Virus record (IMG/VR): IMGVR_UViG_3300020044_002757
Location: 1-37,567 of that record
Source: a virus
Lineage: Duplodnaviria; Caudoviricetes
Length of the DNA stretch: 37,567 bases
Reading direction: 5' to 3' (one strand)
Part shown: positions 25,882 through 33,985 of the stretch, piece after piece
How the letters are laid out: the number at the start of each line of letters is the position of its first letter
Numbering within the stretch: the first letter of the stretch is position 1
Notes under the pieces: generated by a model
Told to the model about the DNA's origin: nothing
The model's input: the letters and a program-made list of their open reading frames with translations, nothing else
Databases searched by the model: none
Made by a program: the position numbers and the translations under genes

Positions 25882-26216
25882 TGAATAAACACAAACATGC
25901 TGAAATTATCATTGCATGGGCTAATGGTGCTAAGATTGAATTCCGAACAAAGACTAATCCCAACTGGACGCACACGAATCAACCCATGTGGGATGACAAT
26001 GCCGAATACCGTATCCGACCTGAACCCGAAATGATCCACTTCCAAAGATTCACCTTATTCTGTGATGCCAATGAACATCGTTTTGATAAGCTCAAAGGTG
26101 TAGTAACTGTACATCCTCAGTTCATGGCTATCGGTGATGTATTAGTCAAGTACATCAACAACATACCTGTAGAAATCCATGCTCCAGACATCAGTGGTTT
26201 GGAGGACTTCGCATGA
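25881..26216 (+). CDS. Hypothetical protein, paralog of the previous gene
   Basis: HKHAEIIIAWANGAKIEF...PMW....YRIRP; GGAG RBS. Confidence 0.8.
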   Translation: MNKHKHAEIIIAWANGAKIEFRTKTNPNWTHTNQPMWDDNAEYRIRPEPEMIHFQRFTLFCDANEHRFDKLKGVVTVHPQFMAIGDVLVKYINNIPVEIHAPDISGLEDFA

Positions 26217-26422
26217 TATTCCTTCCAATCTTTTTCGTGTGTACAGTCTCAGGAGAATGTGACTTTATTCCATTAGAGTCAGTATCTACAGAAACTGAGT
26301 GTGTAAGTGTAATTAATAAACAAGGAGAGCGTTTCATTATAGACCCAGTTGTAAGACGATTCAAGTCAGTGTGTATCCAGATCGATGAAGCTATTCTAAT
26401 CAAAAAGAAAGGTAATGTATGA
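26213..26422 (+). CDS. Small Cys-containing hypothetical protein
   Basis: GGAGG RBS; hydrophobic N-terminus; four Cys. Confidence 0.7.
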   Translation: MIFLPIFFVCTVSGECDFIPLESVSTETECVSVINKQGERFIIDPVVRRFKSVCIQIDEAILIKKKGNV

Positions 26423-26868
26423 AAACAACTAACAAAATGAATCCTGAGATTAAAGCCTTATGGGTTGATGCCTTAAGGTCAGGTGAGTATCAACAAGGTA
26501 AGCTATTGTTAAAACCAACCAAAAATACATTCTGCTGTCTAGGTGTTCTGTGTGACTTAGCTGTCAAAGCTAAAGCAGAAGGTGTAGTATGGGGTGATAT
26601 ACAATATCCCATTGATAGTAATGGTGAAGCTATCTACTATGATGATCCAGATAACTATGGTGAATCTATGTCTGAAGACTCTGAACTACCTTATCCAGTA
26701 ATGCGATGGGCTGGTCTTATGAGTGAAAATCCCAAAGTTGAAGTGTTTGATGAAGAAAAAGATGAAGATGGTATAAGAAACCCAGAAGTAATGATGTTGT
26801 CTCAACTCAATGATGACCATAACTTTACTTTCCAACAACTTGCTGACATAATCGAAAGACAATTATGA
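26419..26868 (+). CDS. Conserved phage hypothetical protein
   Basis: WVDALRSGEYQQG...FCCLGVLCDL...LND....TFQQLADIIE. Confidence 0.8.
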   Translation: MKTTNKMNPEIKALWVDALRSGEYQQGKLLLKPTKNTFCCLGVLCDLAVKAKAEGVVWGDIQYPIDSNGEAIYYDDPDNYGESMSEDSELPYPVMRWAGLMSENPKVEVFDEEKDEDGIRNPEVMMLSQLNDDHNFTFQQLADIIERQL

Positions 26869-27122
26869 ACTTAAACAGAGATCCAGAACAAGCTATCTTG
26901 TTAACAAAGAAAGCAGAAGTAACCTATACACTTCACCTCAATCAAGTACAATTAGACATTCTACATGAGCTATGTACTATGATTGGCGGTCAAGGTGAAG
27001 GTCGAACATTCACTAACAACCTAGCTGAGACACTTGAAAGATATGCTACAACAGCAGAAGATTATCTTGAAACACTCTACTTTGATATCAACACTATGAT
27101 CATGACGAAAGAAAGTAAATGA
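26865..27122 (+). CDS. Hypothetical protein
   Basis: ATGA-coupled ORF. Confidence 0.7.
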   Translation: MNLNRDPEQAILLTKKAEVTYTLHLNQVQLDILHELCTMIGGQGEGRTFTNNLAETLERYATTAEDYLETLYFDINTMIMTKESK

Positions 27123-27364
27123 ATGAAGTCATAGTAACAGTGTTTGTAATGACCTTCGGTATGTTTATAAGCTTTATCATTATGATACTACTAATAAACA
27201 AATACCTAAATAACAAAGACTTAGAAAAGTTAAGTGAGCACTACAAGCAGAAAGCTAAAGAATACAATGAACTTATCACGCAAAAGGAGTCTATTAATGG
27301 CATTCAACGCTCACGAAATCTATCAGGATTTAATAAAAAGAGTGAAACAAAAAGTCAGGGATGA
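27119..27364 (+). CDS. Single-TM hypothetical protein
   Basis: N-terminal TM; ATGA coupling. Confidence 0.65.
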   Translation: MNEVIVTVFVMTFGMFISFIIMILLINKYLNNKDLEKLSEHYKQKAKEYNELITQKESINGIQRSRNLSGFNKKSETKSQG

Positions 27365-27482
27365 TATCTCTATAGTCTATGATCCTGAAACTGGCATACA
27401 AAAACATTTTTTACAAGGAAAACTATTAGCAGTTAAAAAGGTATCCAATGGAACAAAACCTGACAGCGATCATATACAATAA
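27297..27482 (+). CDS. Hypothetical protein (61 aa)
   Basis: AAGGAG RBS before MAFNAHEIY. Confidence 0.65.
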   Translation: MAFNAHEIYQDLIKRVKQKVRDDISIVYDPETGIQKHFLQGKLLAVKKVSNGTKPDSDHIQ

Positions 27483-27750
27483 GAAAGGTAAGATTCTAAG
27501 TATAGGTAAAAATAGTTACAGCAAGACTCATCCTTTACAGGCTCATCATGCTAAAAAGCAAGGTATGCCTGAAAGAATCTTTTTACATGCCGAAATAGCG
27601 GCTATCGTGAGATGTCCTGACCTAACTAAAGCATATCGGATGCAAGTTATAAGGACTAATAAAGAAGGTAGACTTATGTATGCTAAGCCTTGTGCTGTGT
27701 GTATGTCAGCTATCAATTCAATCAATCTTAAACAAATCGAATGGAGTTAG
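27448..27750 (+). CDS. Minimal cytidine/deoxycytidylate deaminase-fold protein
   Basis: Zn motifs HAE and PCAVC; SIGKN motif. Confidence 0.85.
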   Translation: MEQNLTAIIYNKKGKILSIGKNSYSKTHPLQAHHAKKQGMPERIFLHAEIAAIVRCPDLTKAYRMQVIRTNKEGRLMYAKPCAVCMSAINSINLKQIEWS

Positions 27751-27751
27751 T

Positions 27752-27922
27752 ATGTTCTTAGCAATTCTACGTGATGACTTTTCTTTAGTTGGTATCGGTG
27801 AGTCTATTGAAGAAGCTTTTGAAGCTCTTCATGATCAAGAGTCAGGTGTTGAAATCGAAGATTGTGACTTCTATGATCTTGTCAACCCATCTCGATTCAC
27901 TTACGTACTCACACAAAAGTGA
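27752..27922 (+). CDS. Small acidic hypothetical protein (56 aa)
   Basis: GGAG RBS; MFLAILRDDF... Confidence 0.65.
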   Translation: MFLAILRDDFSLVGIGESIEEAFEALHDQESGVEIEDCDFYDLVNPSRFTYVLTQK

Positions 27923-27926
27923 CTTT

Positions 27927-27943
27927 AGTTGTCCCCTAATAGG
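27927..27943 (+). promoter_or_regulatory. Putative phage promoter, second class (AGTTGTCCCCTAATAGG)
   Basis: 17-nt exact match to 34810-34826; intergenic. Confidence 0.7.
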
Positions 27944-27983
27944 GACATCCTTTAAGATATTATTAATAAAGGATAAATAAAAA

Positions 27984-28025
27984 AGAGAATAATAAATAAG
28001 GATATATCCTTAAATACTATTCTCT
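27984..28025 (-). terminator. AT-rich inverted repeat, possible terminator for the inverted gene
   Basis: AGAGAATA...AAGGATATATCCTT...TATTCTCT, followed by a T tract on the minus strand. Confidence 0.45.
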
Positions 28026-28031
28026 CTATTA

Positions 28032-28412
28032 CTATCCTTGAAGACCTTCTTCAGATATAATCTTTTTAAGTTCTTCATCAGTAAGATCCACTGTCTTGTT
28101 AGTATTAGTCTGTTCAATCCGAGCTAGCTTAGGATTCTCATACTCTGCTATCATGTTAGCGTATCTTGCTGCATCCTCAAAGTTATCTTCTTGTAGTGCT
28201 TTGTGCATTGCCATTCTAAGCACATCAAGTGAAGATAAATGAGGTAAATCAGCTAGGGCTTTTTGAAAAGCTTTAGCTGATGTTTTAAATTCCTTAGCCA
28301 TTTCGCCATTAAGTTTCTGAGCTGCAGATGATTTCTTTTGTGCTTCACGAGCTGTCTCAGATGTAATTAATTTCAAATTAGCTAAAGAATTAGGGTGTAT
28401 ACTCTTAGGCAT
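28032..28412 (-). CDS. Putative terminase small subunit, inverted within the early arm
   Basis: HPNSLANLK N-terminus; AEYENPKLARIE...DLTDEELK C-terminus; AGGAG RBS; own promoter motif. Confidence 0.6.
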   Translation of the reverse strand: MPKSIHPNSLANLKLITSETAREAQKKSSAAQKLNGEMAKEFKTSAKAFQKALADLPHLSSLDVLRMAMHKALQEDNFEDAARYANMIAEYENPKLARIEQTNTNKTVDLTDEELKKIISEEGLQG

Positions 28413-28437
28413 AACTCTCTCCTCTAATGAAAATATT

Positions 28438-28451
28438 TTCTATTAGGGGTC
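28438..28451 (-). promoter_or_regulatory. Putative phage promoter upstream of the terS-like gene (GACCCCTAATAGAA)
   Basis: CCCCTAATAGA core, oriented toward 28412. Confidence 0.65.
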
Positions 28452-28494
28452 TTCTCGCAATATCTCGCAATTTTCAATCCAAAAAGGAATTATC

Positions 28495-28998
28495 ATGGCT
28501 GTAGCAACTAATGACGCAACTAACGTAATCATCAAAGACGTAGAATTACACTGGGTTAAACTCGACAAGCCAGTCGATCCATTCGGTACACTCCAGTACG
28601 AAATCCAAATTCAGGCTCCCAAGAAACGTGAGAAAGAATTATCTGCATTTGGTAAAGTAAAAGCTATTGAAGGTGGTAAGATTGCTCTGAACCTCAAAAA
28701 AAAAGCTCTCAAGGCTGATGGTACAGATGCTGCCAAAGTACGTGTTGTAGACTCAGCTAAGAATCCTATTGATTCTAAACAAATCGGTAATGGTTCTATC
28801 GGTAATGTTATGGTTATGCAAAAGCCATATGAAATCAAAGGTCCAAGTGGTAAAGTTACTAAGTCAGGTATCTCAAATATGCTCACTGCTGTACAAGTAA
28901 CTACATTAATCAAGTATGTTCCTAAGTCAGATAACTTTGTTGACTTTGAAGCAACTGAGTCTGATGTTGATGTAACAACAGAAGATTCACCATTCTAA
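28495..28998 (+). CDS. Single-stranded DNA-binding protein (T7 gp2.5-like)
   Basis: IGNGSIGNV...LTAVQVT; acidic tail ending in Phe (EDSPF); strong RBS; downstream terminator. Confidence 0.75.
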   Translation: MAVATNDATNVIIKDVELHWVKLDKPVDPFGTLQYEIQIQAPKKREKELSAFGKVKAIEGGKIALNLKKKALKADGTDAAKVRVVDSAKNPIDSKQIGNGSIGNVMVMQKPYEIKGPSGKVTKSGISNMLTAVQVTTLIKYVPKSDNFVDFEATESDVDVTTEDSPF

Positions 28999-29031
28999 AT
29001 ATCAGTTAGTCATAACTGACTAATGTAAGTT

Positions 29032-29062
29032 AACCCTCAAGAAATCCTTCTTGGGGGTTTTT
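29032..29062 (+). terminator. Rho-independent terminator after ssb
   Basis: AACCCTCAAGAA-ATCC-TTCTTGGGGGTT-TTT. Confidence 0.85.
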
Positions 29063-29087
29063 ATTCGTTCATTCTAAAGGTAATATC

Positions 29088-29474
29088 ATGGCTAAACTAA
29101 ACAAAGATCAAATCAAATACGCTGTTAAACGTGCTAATGACAAACTAAGTGAAAAGCTAAGAAACCTGCAAGACAGTATTCCTGAAGTAAAAGACCCTCG
29201 ATATGATGCTAAGAAAGTGTATAACGCACTATACTCAGGTGAAGTAATGTCTTTTGAAACCTTCGAAAAGAAATTTGAAAATGGTTACTACTTTGCTAAT
29301 GGTGTTCGTGAATTAATTGAAAATAATGTAGGTTTCATGGATGAATATAATCGTAATCAATTACTAATGACTAAATTCCGTACAGAAATCGATGAACAAC
29401 GTGTTGCTATCGAAGATAAACTATACTTAGCTGAAGATGCTGCTGATGTACTAGCTATGATTGAGGCTCTCTGA
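29088..29474 (+). CDS. Hypothetical helical protein
   Basis: AAGG RBS; 128 aa. Confidence 0.75.
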   Translation: MAKLNKDQIKYAVKRANDKLSEKLRNLQDSIPEVKDPRYDAKKVYNALYSGEVMSFETFEKKFENGYYFANGVRELIENNVGFMDEYNRNQLLMTKFRTEIDEQRVAIEDKLYLAEDAADVLAMIEAL

Positions 29475-29755
29475 TGTACCTGAATGAATCTCAAAAAGCA
29501 TTAATTCGTAAAGAAATGGTGCTTAAATATAAAATCCTACAATTAAACAAAAAAGATTACAAACAATGGATAGCTAAATGTTGGAAAGAATCTAATCCAA
29601 ATGAACCTAAATTCACAACAACCGAAACAGGAGATTCAAAAGTATGGAGTTGGAGCTATAAAAACTTTGTAACAATGAATATTTATAAAAACGAGCTAAG
29701 AAAAATTGATCGTAAAATCCGTAATGTGCAAGCAATCTTAAAGGAACTCAAATGA
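29474..29755 (+). CDS. Hypothetical basic protein
   Basis: TGATG coupling; GAGG RBS. Confidence 0.7.
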   Translation: MYLNESQKALIRKEMVLKYKILQLNKKDYKQWIAKCWKESNPNEPKFTTTETGDSKVWSWSYKNFVTMNIYKNELRKIDRKIRNVQAILKELK

Positions 29756-29967
29756 AATACATAATTGTTGATGAAGAAAAGAACACAAAAAGCGTAAGAA
29801 CAAGAGATAGCTTAATGTTTGAAAGTTGTGCTCGTGTTGATTATGTAATTAGTGAATTTGATATCAAATTAACTATTGATGGTTACTTCTTTAACCCAGA
29901 AGATATCACAGAATTCATTGAATTCTTAACTGCTGCTCGTGAACACTTACTCTCCAAACAAAAGTAA
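29752..29967 (+). CDS. Hypothetical protein
   Basis: AAGGA RBS; ATGA coupling. Confidence 0.7.
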   Translation: MKYIIVDEEKNTKSVRTRDSLMFESCARVDYVISEFDIKLTIDGYFFNPEDITEFIEFLTAAREHLLSKQK

Positions 29968-30142
29968 ACTACTAATAACAGGTGTATTCTGTTTGATGTT
30001 AAGCTTAATATCATGGAATCCACCTGTTAAAGAACTAACTCTTCATCAAAAAGCTGTGCTTAAGTCTAAACAAAAAGTCTGTAATAAAAAGAAATTGAAA
30101 ACAAACACTAAGGAGTTATGTAAAAAATGGGAAATGACGTAG
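29939..30142 (+). CDS. Hypothetical protein with N-terminal hydrophobic segment
   Basis: GTG start; fills the gap. Confidence 0.55.
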   Translation: MNTYSPNKSKLLITGVFCLMLSLISWNPPVKELTLHQKAVLKSKQKVCNKKKLKTNTKELCKKWEMT

Positions 30143-30267
30143 TTGACTTCTATGAAGCTATCCGTAAAAAATGGCCTAATCCTTCTCGTCCTTGGAATGA
30201 ACTTCATCCTCAAGAACAAATGATGCTCGTCCAAGCTATCAATATGATTTTACAGGTGTTACAATAA
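30127..30267 (+). CDS. Small hypothetical protein (46 aa)
   Basis: Not in the ORF track. AAGGAG upstream; MGNDVVDFYEAIRKKWPNP...; TAATG coupling. Confidence 0.65.
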   Translation: MGNDVVDFYEAIRKKWPNPSRPWNELHPQEQMMLVQAINMILQVLQ

Positions 30268-30545
30268 TGTACGAAACACATGAATTTGAAACAGATGTCT
30301 TAGAAAACTTTGACTTTGATAACTATAAAAATGTAGAAGAAGTAATAGTTGAATACTATGTAGAACCTGCTGAACCTGAAAACGGTTTAATGGATGACTA
30401 CTATGGTTACTCTGTCTGGTTAAATACAACTGATGGTAATCCTATCGAAATTACAGATGACTTAACTCTAAAAGACCACAGCAATATCTATCGTGCTTGT
30501 AAAGCTCACTTCAAAGAAACAATGGAATCATACAATGACTACTGA
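30267..30545 (+). CDS. Highly acidic small protein
   Basis: 23 D/E against 5 K/R in 92 aa. Confidence 0.75.
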   Translation: MYETHEFETDVLENFDFDNYKNVEEVIVEYYVEPAEPENGLMDDYYGYSVWLNTTDGNPIEITDDLTLKDHSNIYRACKAHFKETMESYNDY

Positions 30546-30834
30546 ACAAACTCCAAACAAAAAAGGCGCTCACTTAACTCCTGAAATGCGTGCTAAAGGT
30601 ACTGCAGCCTTAGCTAAATGGCGTAAAGAACGTTCTAATGCTATTAAAAAAGGCGGTAAAGCCCTTGAAAAATGGAATCTTAAAGAAATTGAAAAGAAAG
30701 CTAATCGTAAAGTTACACCTTTAATGGCTATTAAAGCTTTCTGTGTTGATTGTGTCGGTGGTTCTATTGAAGAAGTTAAAAAGTGTTCTAACCAAAAATG
30801 TAATCTATACACTAATCGTCCTTACCAGTCATGA
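30535..30834 (+). CDS. Basic protein with C-terminal four-Cys Zn-binding motif
   Basis: AIKAFCVDCVGG...EVKKC....CNLY..RP; start set at MTTEQ. Confidence 0.75.
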   Translation: MTTEQTPNKKGAHLTPEMRAKGTAALAKWRKERSNAIKKGGKALEKWNLKEIEKKANRKVTPLMAIKAFCVDCVGGSIEEVKKCSNQKCNLYTNRPYQS

Positions 30835-31088
30835 CACAAGATGAAATCATTGAAATGGCTAGGCAAGCAGGTGTTAACGATGACGAAATCACCTTTGAGT
30901 TTAGCCAATACAGACACCTTGAACGCTTTGCCGAACTAATAGCCGCTGAAGCCATTAAACAACGCACATGGATAGGGCTGACGGATAAAGAAATAAAAAA
31001 AGGTATCCAGCAAAGTTGGGTAACAGAACAAGCTTTTCAGTCTGCCGTATGGTGGGCAGAAGCCAAACTCAAAGAGAAAAACTCATGA
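30831..31088 (+). CDS. Hypothetical protein (MTQDEIIEMARQAG/WIGLTD family)
   Basis: LERFAELI, TWIGLTDKEI and EAKLKEKN motifs. Confidence 0.75.
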   Translation: MTQDEIIEMARQAGVNDDEITFEFSQYRHLERFAELIAAEAIKQRTWIGLTDKEIKKGIQQSWVTEQAFQSAVWWAEAKLKEKNS

Positions 31089-31306
31089 AACTCTACGAAC
31101 TCGCTAGACATTCCCTATTCACCCTAAATGAAATCCCTGATATCCCAGTAAGCTCACCTAAAGGAATCCCAGATGTAATCTACAAACTACGTAACCTTGA
31201 TGGAATGTACTCCTACGTAACTGACGCTAGGGGTGATGTGTATCATTTTGCTGCATGGACTGAGGTAACACCTTATGAAGATACTAGCGTACAAGCTGTT
31301 CCGTAA
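31085..31306 (+). CDS. Hypothetical protein
   Basis: ATGA-coupled start MKLYEL; LDGMYS...H.AAWTEV. Confidence 0.7.
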   Translation: MKLYELARHSLFTLNEIPDIPVSSPKGIPDVIYKLRNLDGMYSYVTDARGDVYHFAAWTEVTPYEDTSVQAVP

Positions 31307-31580
31307 ACGTAAAGACGGTACTTACGGACCACTGTTTATTAATCGTAAACAAAAACTTGTTATCAACACAACCTATGATGCTGAAGATCATCCTACTAAA
31401 GGCTATGCTTATAGACCAGGATGGCATTGTTGTGCAGAACCTAAAGCACCACACTTGTCACTCAAAGAACGTGTATGGTGTGTAGTACTCATAGAAGATT
31501 TTAAAAAGCATATCAAGCCAGAACACCAAGGCGGTCTCTGGTATACAGCAAACAAATTAACAATCCTACAGGAACTGTAA
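31275..31580 (+). CDS. Conserved phage hypothetical protein
   Basis: AYKLFRKRKDG..GPLFIN...HPTKGYAYRPGWH...QGGLW. Confidence 0.75.
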   Translation: MKILAYKLFRKRKDGTYGPLFINRKQKLVINTTYDAEDHPTKGYAYRPGWHCCAEPKAPHLSLKERVWCVVLIEDFKKHIKPEHQGGLWYTANKLTILQEL

Positions 31581-32017
31581 TGTTAAGACATAAAGAACAT
31601 GTGTATTTAGCTGGCCCAATCGAAGGTGTATCCAGAGAACAAGCCCTTGCATGGCGATTAAAAGCTTCATTCGAATTAGAAAACTTCGGTATTGATACCC
31701 TTGACCCAACCCGTAGAGCATCCTTTGTTGATAGTAGTGACTACTTAACCCATGAAAATGCTGCACGAAGAATCTGGAAAAGTGATTTACAAGATATCGC
31801 CTACAGTACAGTTATACTCGCTAACTTATCAGATAGTTTGCCCGGTAAAAAGTGGGGTACTGTGTGTGAAGTTGCTCATGCTCATACTAAAAATAAAATC
31901 ATTATTGTTCTAATGGATAAAGATCAATTCAAACATCCATTCGTAACACAATATGCTACTGAAATTCATCACAATCTTGAAGATGCTATTGAAGCTGTGA
32001 AGGAATATTTCATATGA
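31580..32017 (+). CDS. Nucleoside 2-deoxyribosyltransferase / nucleotide N-glycosidase family protein
   Basis: VYLAGPI, DLQDI and WGTVCEV motifs. Confidence 0.8.
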   Translation: MLRHKEHVYLAGPIEGVSREQALAWRLKASFELENFGIDTLDPTRRASFVDSSDYLTHENAARRIWKSDLQDIAYSTVILANLSDSLPGKKWGTVCEVAHAHTKNKIIIVLMDKDQFKHPFVTQYATEIHHNLEDAIEAVKEYFI

Positions 32018-32178
32018 AAAACATATTAAATATAATTCTATTCATAACATGGATTGCTATATGCTGGAACTATTTCTTCTCAGCTTTCTATGTTGCAATC
32101 GTAGGTTTTAGCTTATACATCATAAGCATGATCTTAACCACCAAACCAAAAATGTTAGTACAAAGGTTACCATTCTAA
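32014..32178 (+). CDS. Small two-TM membrane protein (54 aa)
   Basis: Not in the ORF track. AAGGA RBS; coupled at both ends; MKNILNIILFITWIAICW... Confidence 0.65.
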   Translation: MKNILNIILFITWIAICWNYFFSAFYVAIVGFSLYIISMILTTKPKMLVQRLPF

Positions 32179-32423
32179 TGCCATATATCACAGAAGAAGC
32201 TCAACAATCAGCCCACATGCTGTCATACGAACCACATACAGCAGGTGAATTAAACTTTCTAATCACAACATTTATTCGTGATTACTACCTTGCAAACCCA
32301 TGTTACCAAAGTGTAAATGATATTGTAGGTGCTCTCGAAAGTGCTAAATTAGAATTCTATCGTAGAATTGCTGCACCATATGAAGATAGTAAAATTGTGG
32401 AGAACGGTGATGTCTACTACTAA
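32178..32423 (+). CDS. DUF6899-like protein
   Basis: MPYI...GELNFLIT...GALESAKLEFYRR...PYEDSKI..NGDVY. Confidence 0.7.
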   Translation: MPYITEEAQQSAHMLSYEPHTAGELNFLITTFIRDYYLANPCYQSVNDIVGALESAKLEFYRRIAAPYEDSKIVENGDVYY

Positions 32424-32634
32424 ACCAATCGTAAACTTTGCAGGTGAAGCTGACTTCTATGAAGTAGAATACTTTGAAGGTGATCAACTATTATCAGGTG
32501 AAGTAGCTCGTATATATGTAACTAACCATCCACGCTTAGGTAAAGACTTCGTAAGAACATCATTAATACAATATAAGTTTGATGATGGTAGCTTTGAAAC
32601 CCTAAACACAATCTATAAACCAATAAAAGAATAA
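32410..32634 (+). CDS. Hypothetical protein
   Basis: HPRLG...VRTS...FETLNTIY; start set at MSTTK. Confidence 0.7.
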   Translation: MSTTKPIVNFAGEADFYEVEYFEGDQLLSGEVARIYVTNHPRLGKDFVRTSLIQYKFDDGSFETLNTIYKPIKE

Positions 32635-32635
32635 T

Positions 32636-33076
32636 ATGAACATTGATGATGATAACCAACTATGGGGTAAAAGTGTATTAAGCAAACTAGAAGAGCAAAA
32701 TAAAGAACGTAACAAAGACTTCTATGATCAAATGGCTGTAAAAACATTATGGCCTGATGCATTCGCAAAAGCATATAACAAAGAAATTGATGAACATGAA
32801 GAATATACTCTAAGTAAAGAATTCTTTACTGAATCAAAAATAAATGATATTATTAACCCTAAGCACTACAAGAACGTAGCTGCAGGTAAGCAATACATGG
32901 AACTTATGGTTGATATGCTTGCAAATAAGTCAGGTGTTGAAGCCCACTTATTCGGTCAAGTATATAAATACTTAATGCGATGTGGTAATAAAGATGATGA
33001 AGTCCAAGAGCTTGAAAAGGCTTTATGGTATTTAACTGCTCTTATTAAATACAAAAAGGAAGGCGTTGTATTATGA
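32636..33076 (+). CDS. DUF3310 (T7 gp1.7 nucleotide kinase/SaV-like) protein
   Basis: DIINPKHY...KYLMRCGNKD...ELEKALWYL. Confidence 0.8.
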   Translation: MNIDDDNQLWGKSVLSKLEEQNKERNKDFYDQMAVKTLWPDAFAKAYNKEIDEHEEYTLSKEFFTESKINDIINPKHYKNVAAGKQYMELMVDMLANKSGVEAHLFGQVYKYLMRCGNKDDEVQELEKALWYLTALIKYKKEGVVL

Positions 33077-33312
33077 ACCTAGAAATTGATAGTGACGTAC
33101 TAGCAGGATTAATTTCAAGTGAATTAAAACGTGTGTATATTTCAATTAAAGAACAATACGATAGTAAAGTTCATCAAAGAATGTTTGATATCAATGAAGA
33201 AGTAGACCGCATGAAAATTAAAAGGTTTTTAAAGTCTATCAAAAGAGTACATGACTATTATTCTATTTATGAAATTAATGAATATCCTCATAATAAAGGG
33301 TTATACAAATGA
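33073..33312 (+). CDS. Hypothetical protein
   Basis: ATGA coupling. Confidence 0.7.
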   Translation: MNLEIDSDVLAGLISSELKRVYISIKEQYDSKVHQRMFDINEEVDRMKIKRFLKSIKRVHDYYSIYEINEYPHNKGLYK

Positions 33313-33470
33313 AAGTAAATACAATTAAAGAACATGAAGATGGTAGCGTAACTGTTGAATTTGATTACAGCCCTGAAGAACATAAAATGCTACTTGAATA
33401 TGCGTTTGTTAATATCCTTAAAGACACATTGAAAGAACAAGATGAACGAGCTAATCAAACACAAGAGTGA
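33309..33470 (+). CDS. Small hypothetical protein (53 aa)
   Basis: Not in the ORF track. MKVNTIKEHEDGSVTVEFD...; ATGA coupling. Confidence 0.65.
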   Translation: MKVNTIKEHEDGSVTVEFDYSPEEHKMLLEYAFVNILKDTLKEQDERANQTQE

Positions 33471-33630
33471 TTTATTTATAACGTTTAATACAGTAGATGA
33501 AGCATTAGAGTACGCAATGAATGTTGCTAACAATTGCAGTAACAAAGATAAGCCAGCAATTATCACTGCGTTTGTAGCACTTATTAATACAATCTGCAAA
33601 GTTGAGGCAGATAGATGTCAGGTTGGTTAA
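33442..33630 (+). CDS. Hypothetical protein
   Basis: Co-oriented; fills the gap. Confidence 0.65.
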   Translation: MNELIKHKSDLFITFNTVDEALEYAMNVANNCSNKDKPAIITAFVALINTICKVEADRCQVG

Positions 33631-33758
33631 TAGCAACTATTGGAGTAGTATACCTCTATATATCACTTGAACAGTTATATAGGGGTAATACTGGTATGGC
33701 AATAACTTACTTTGGATATGCCCTCGGTAACGTGGGTTTATATATGTTAGCAAAATGA
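33615..33758 (+). CDS. Small two-TM membrane protein (47 aa)
   Basis: Not in the ORF track. GAGG RBS; MSGWLIATIGVVY...GYALGNVGLYMLAK. Confidence 0.7.
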   Translation: MSGWLIATIGVVYLYISLEQLYRGNTGMAITYFGYALGNVGLYMLAK

Positions 33759-33985
33759 ATGAAGATCAACAAAAAGCCTTTGTAGAAGCCTATCTTAATC
33801 ATGTAGGTCATCTACCAGAAAATCTTGTAACTGATTTTGTAAGACGATATCATTTAGGTGAGGATATTGATTACTCAAGTGAACACGTATCTATAATGGA
33901 TTCATTAGGTATTTGGCATGAAGCTATTCAATGGAAACTAAATCAACTCTTTAAAGAATTAAATGAATTTGATAAAAACAGTTAA
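33755..33985 (+). CDS. Hypothetical protein
   Basis: ATGA coupling. Confidence 0.7.
   Translation: MNEDQQKAFVEAYLNHVGHLPENLVTDFVRRYHLGEDIDYSSEHVSIMDSLGIWHEAIQWKLNQLFKELNEFDKNS

Noticed and set aside
28696-28705. A9 run in ssb as a frameshift or phase-variation site
   Set aside because: It encodes in-frame KKK in an intact gene; no stimulatory structure seen.
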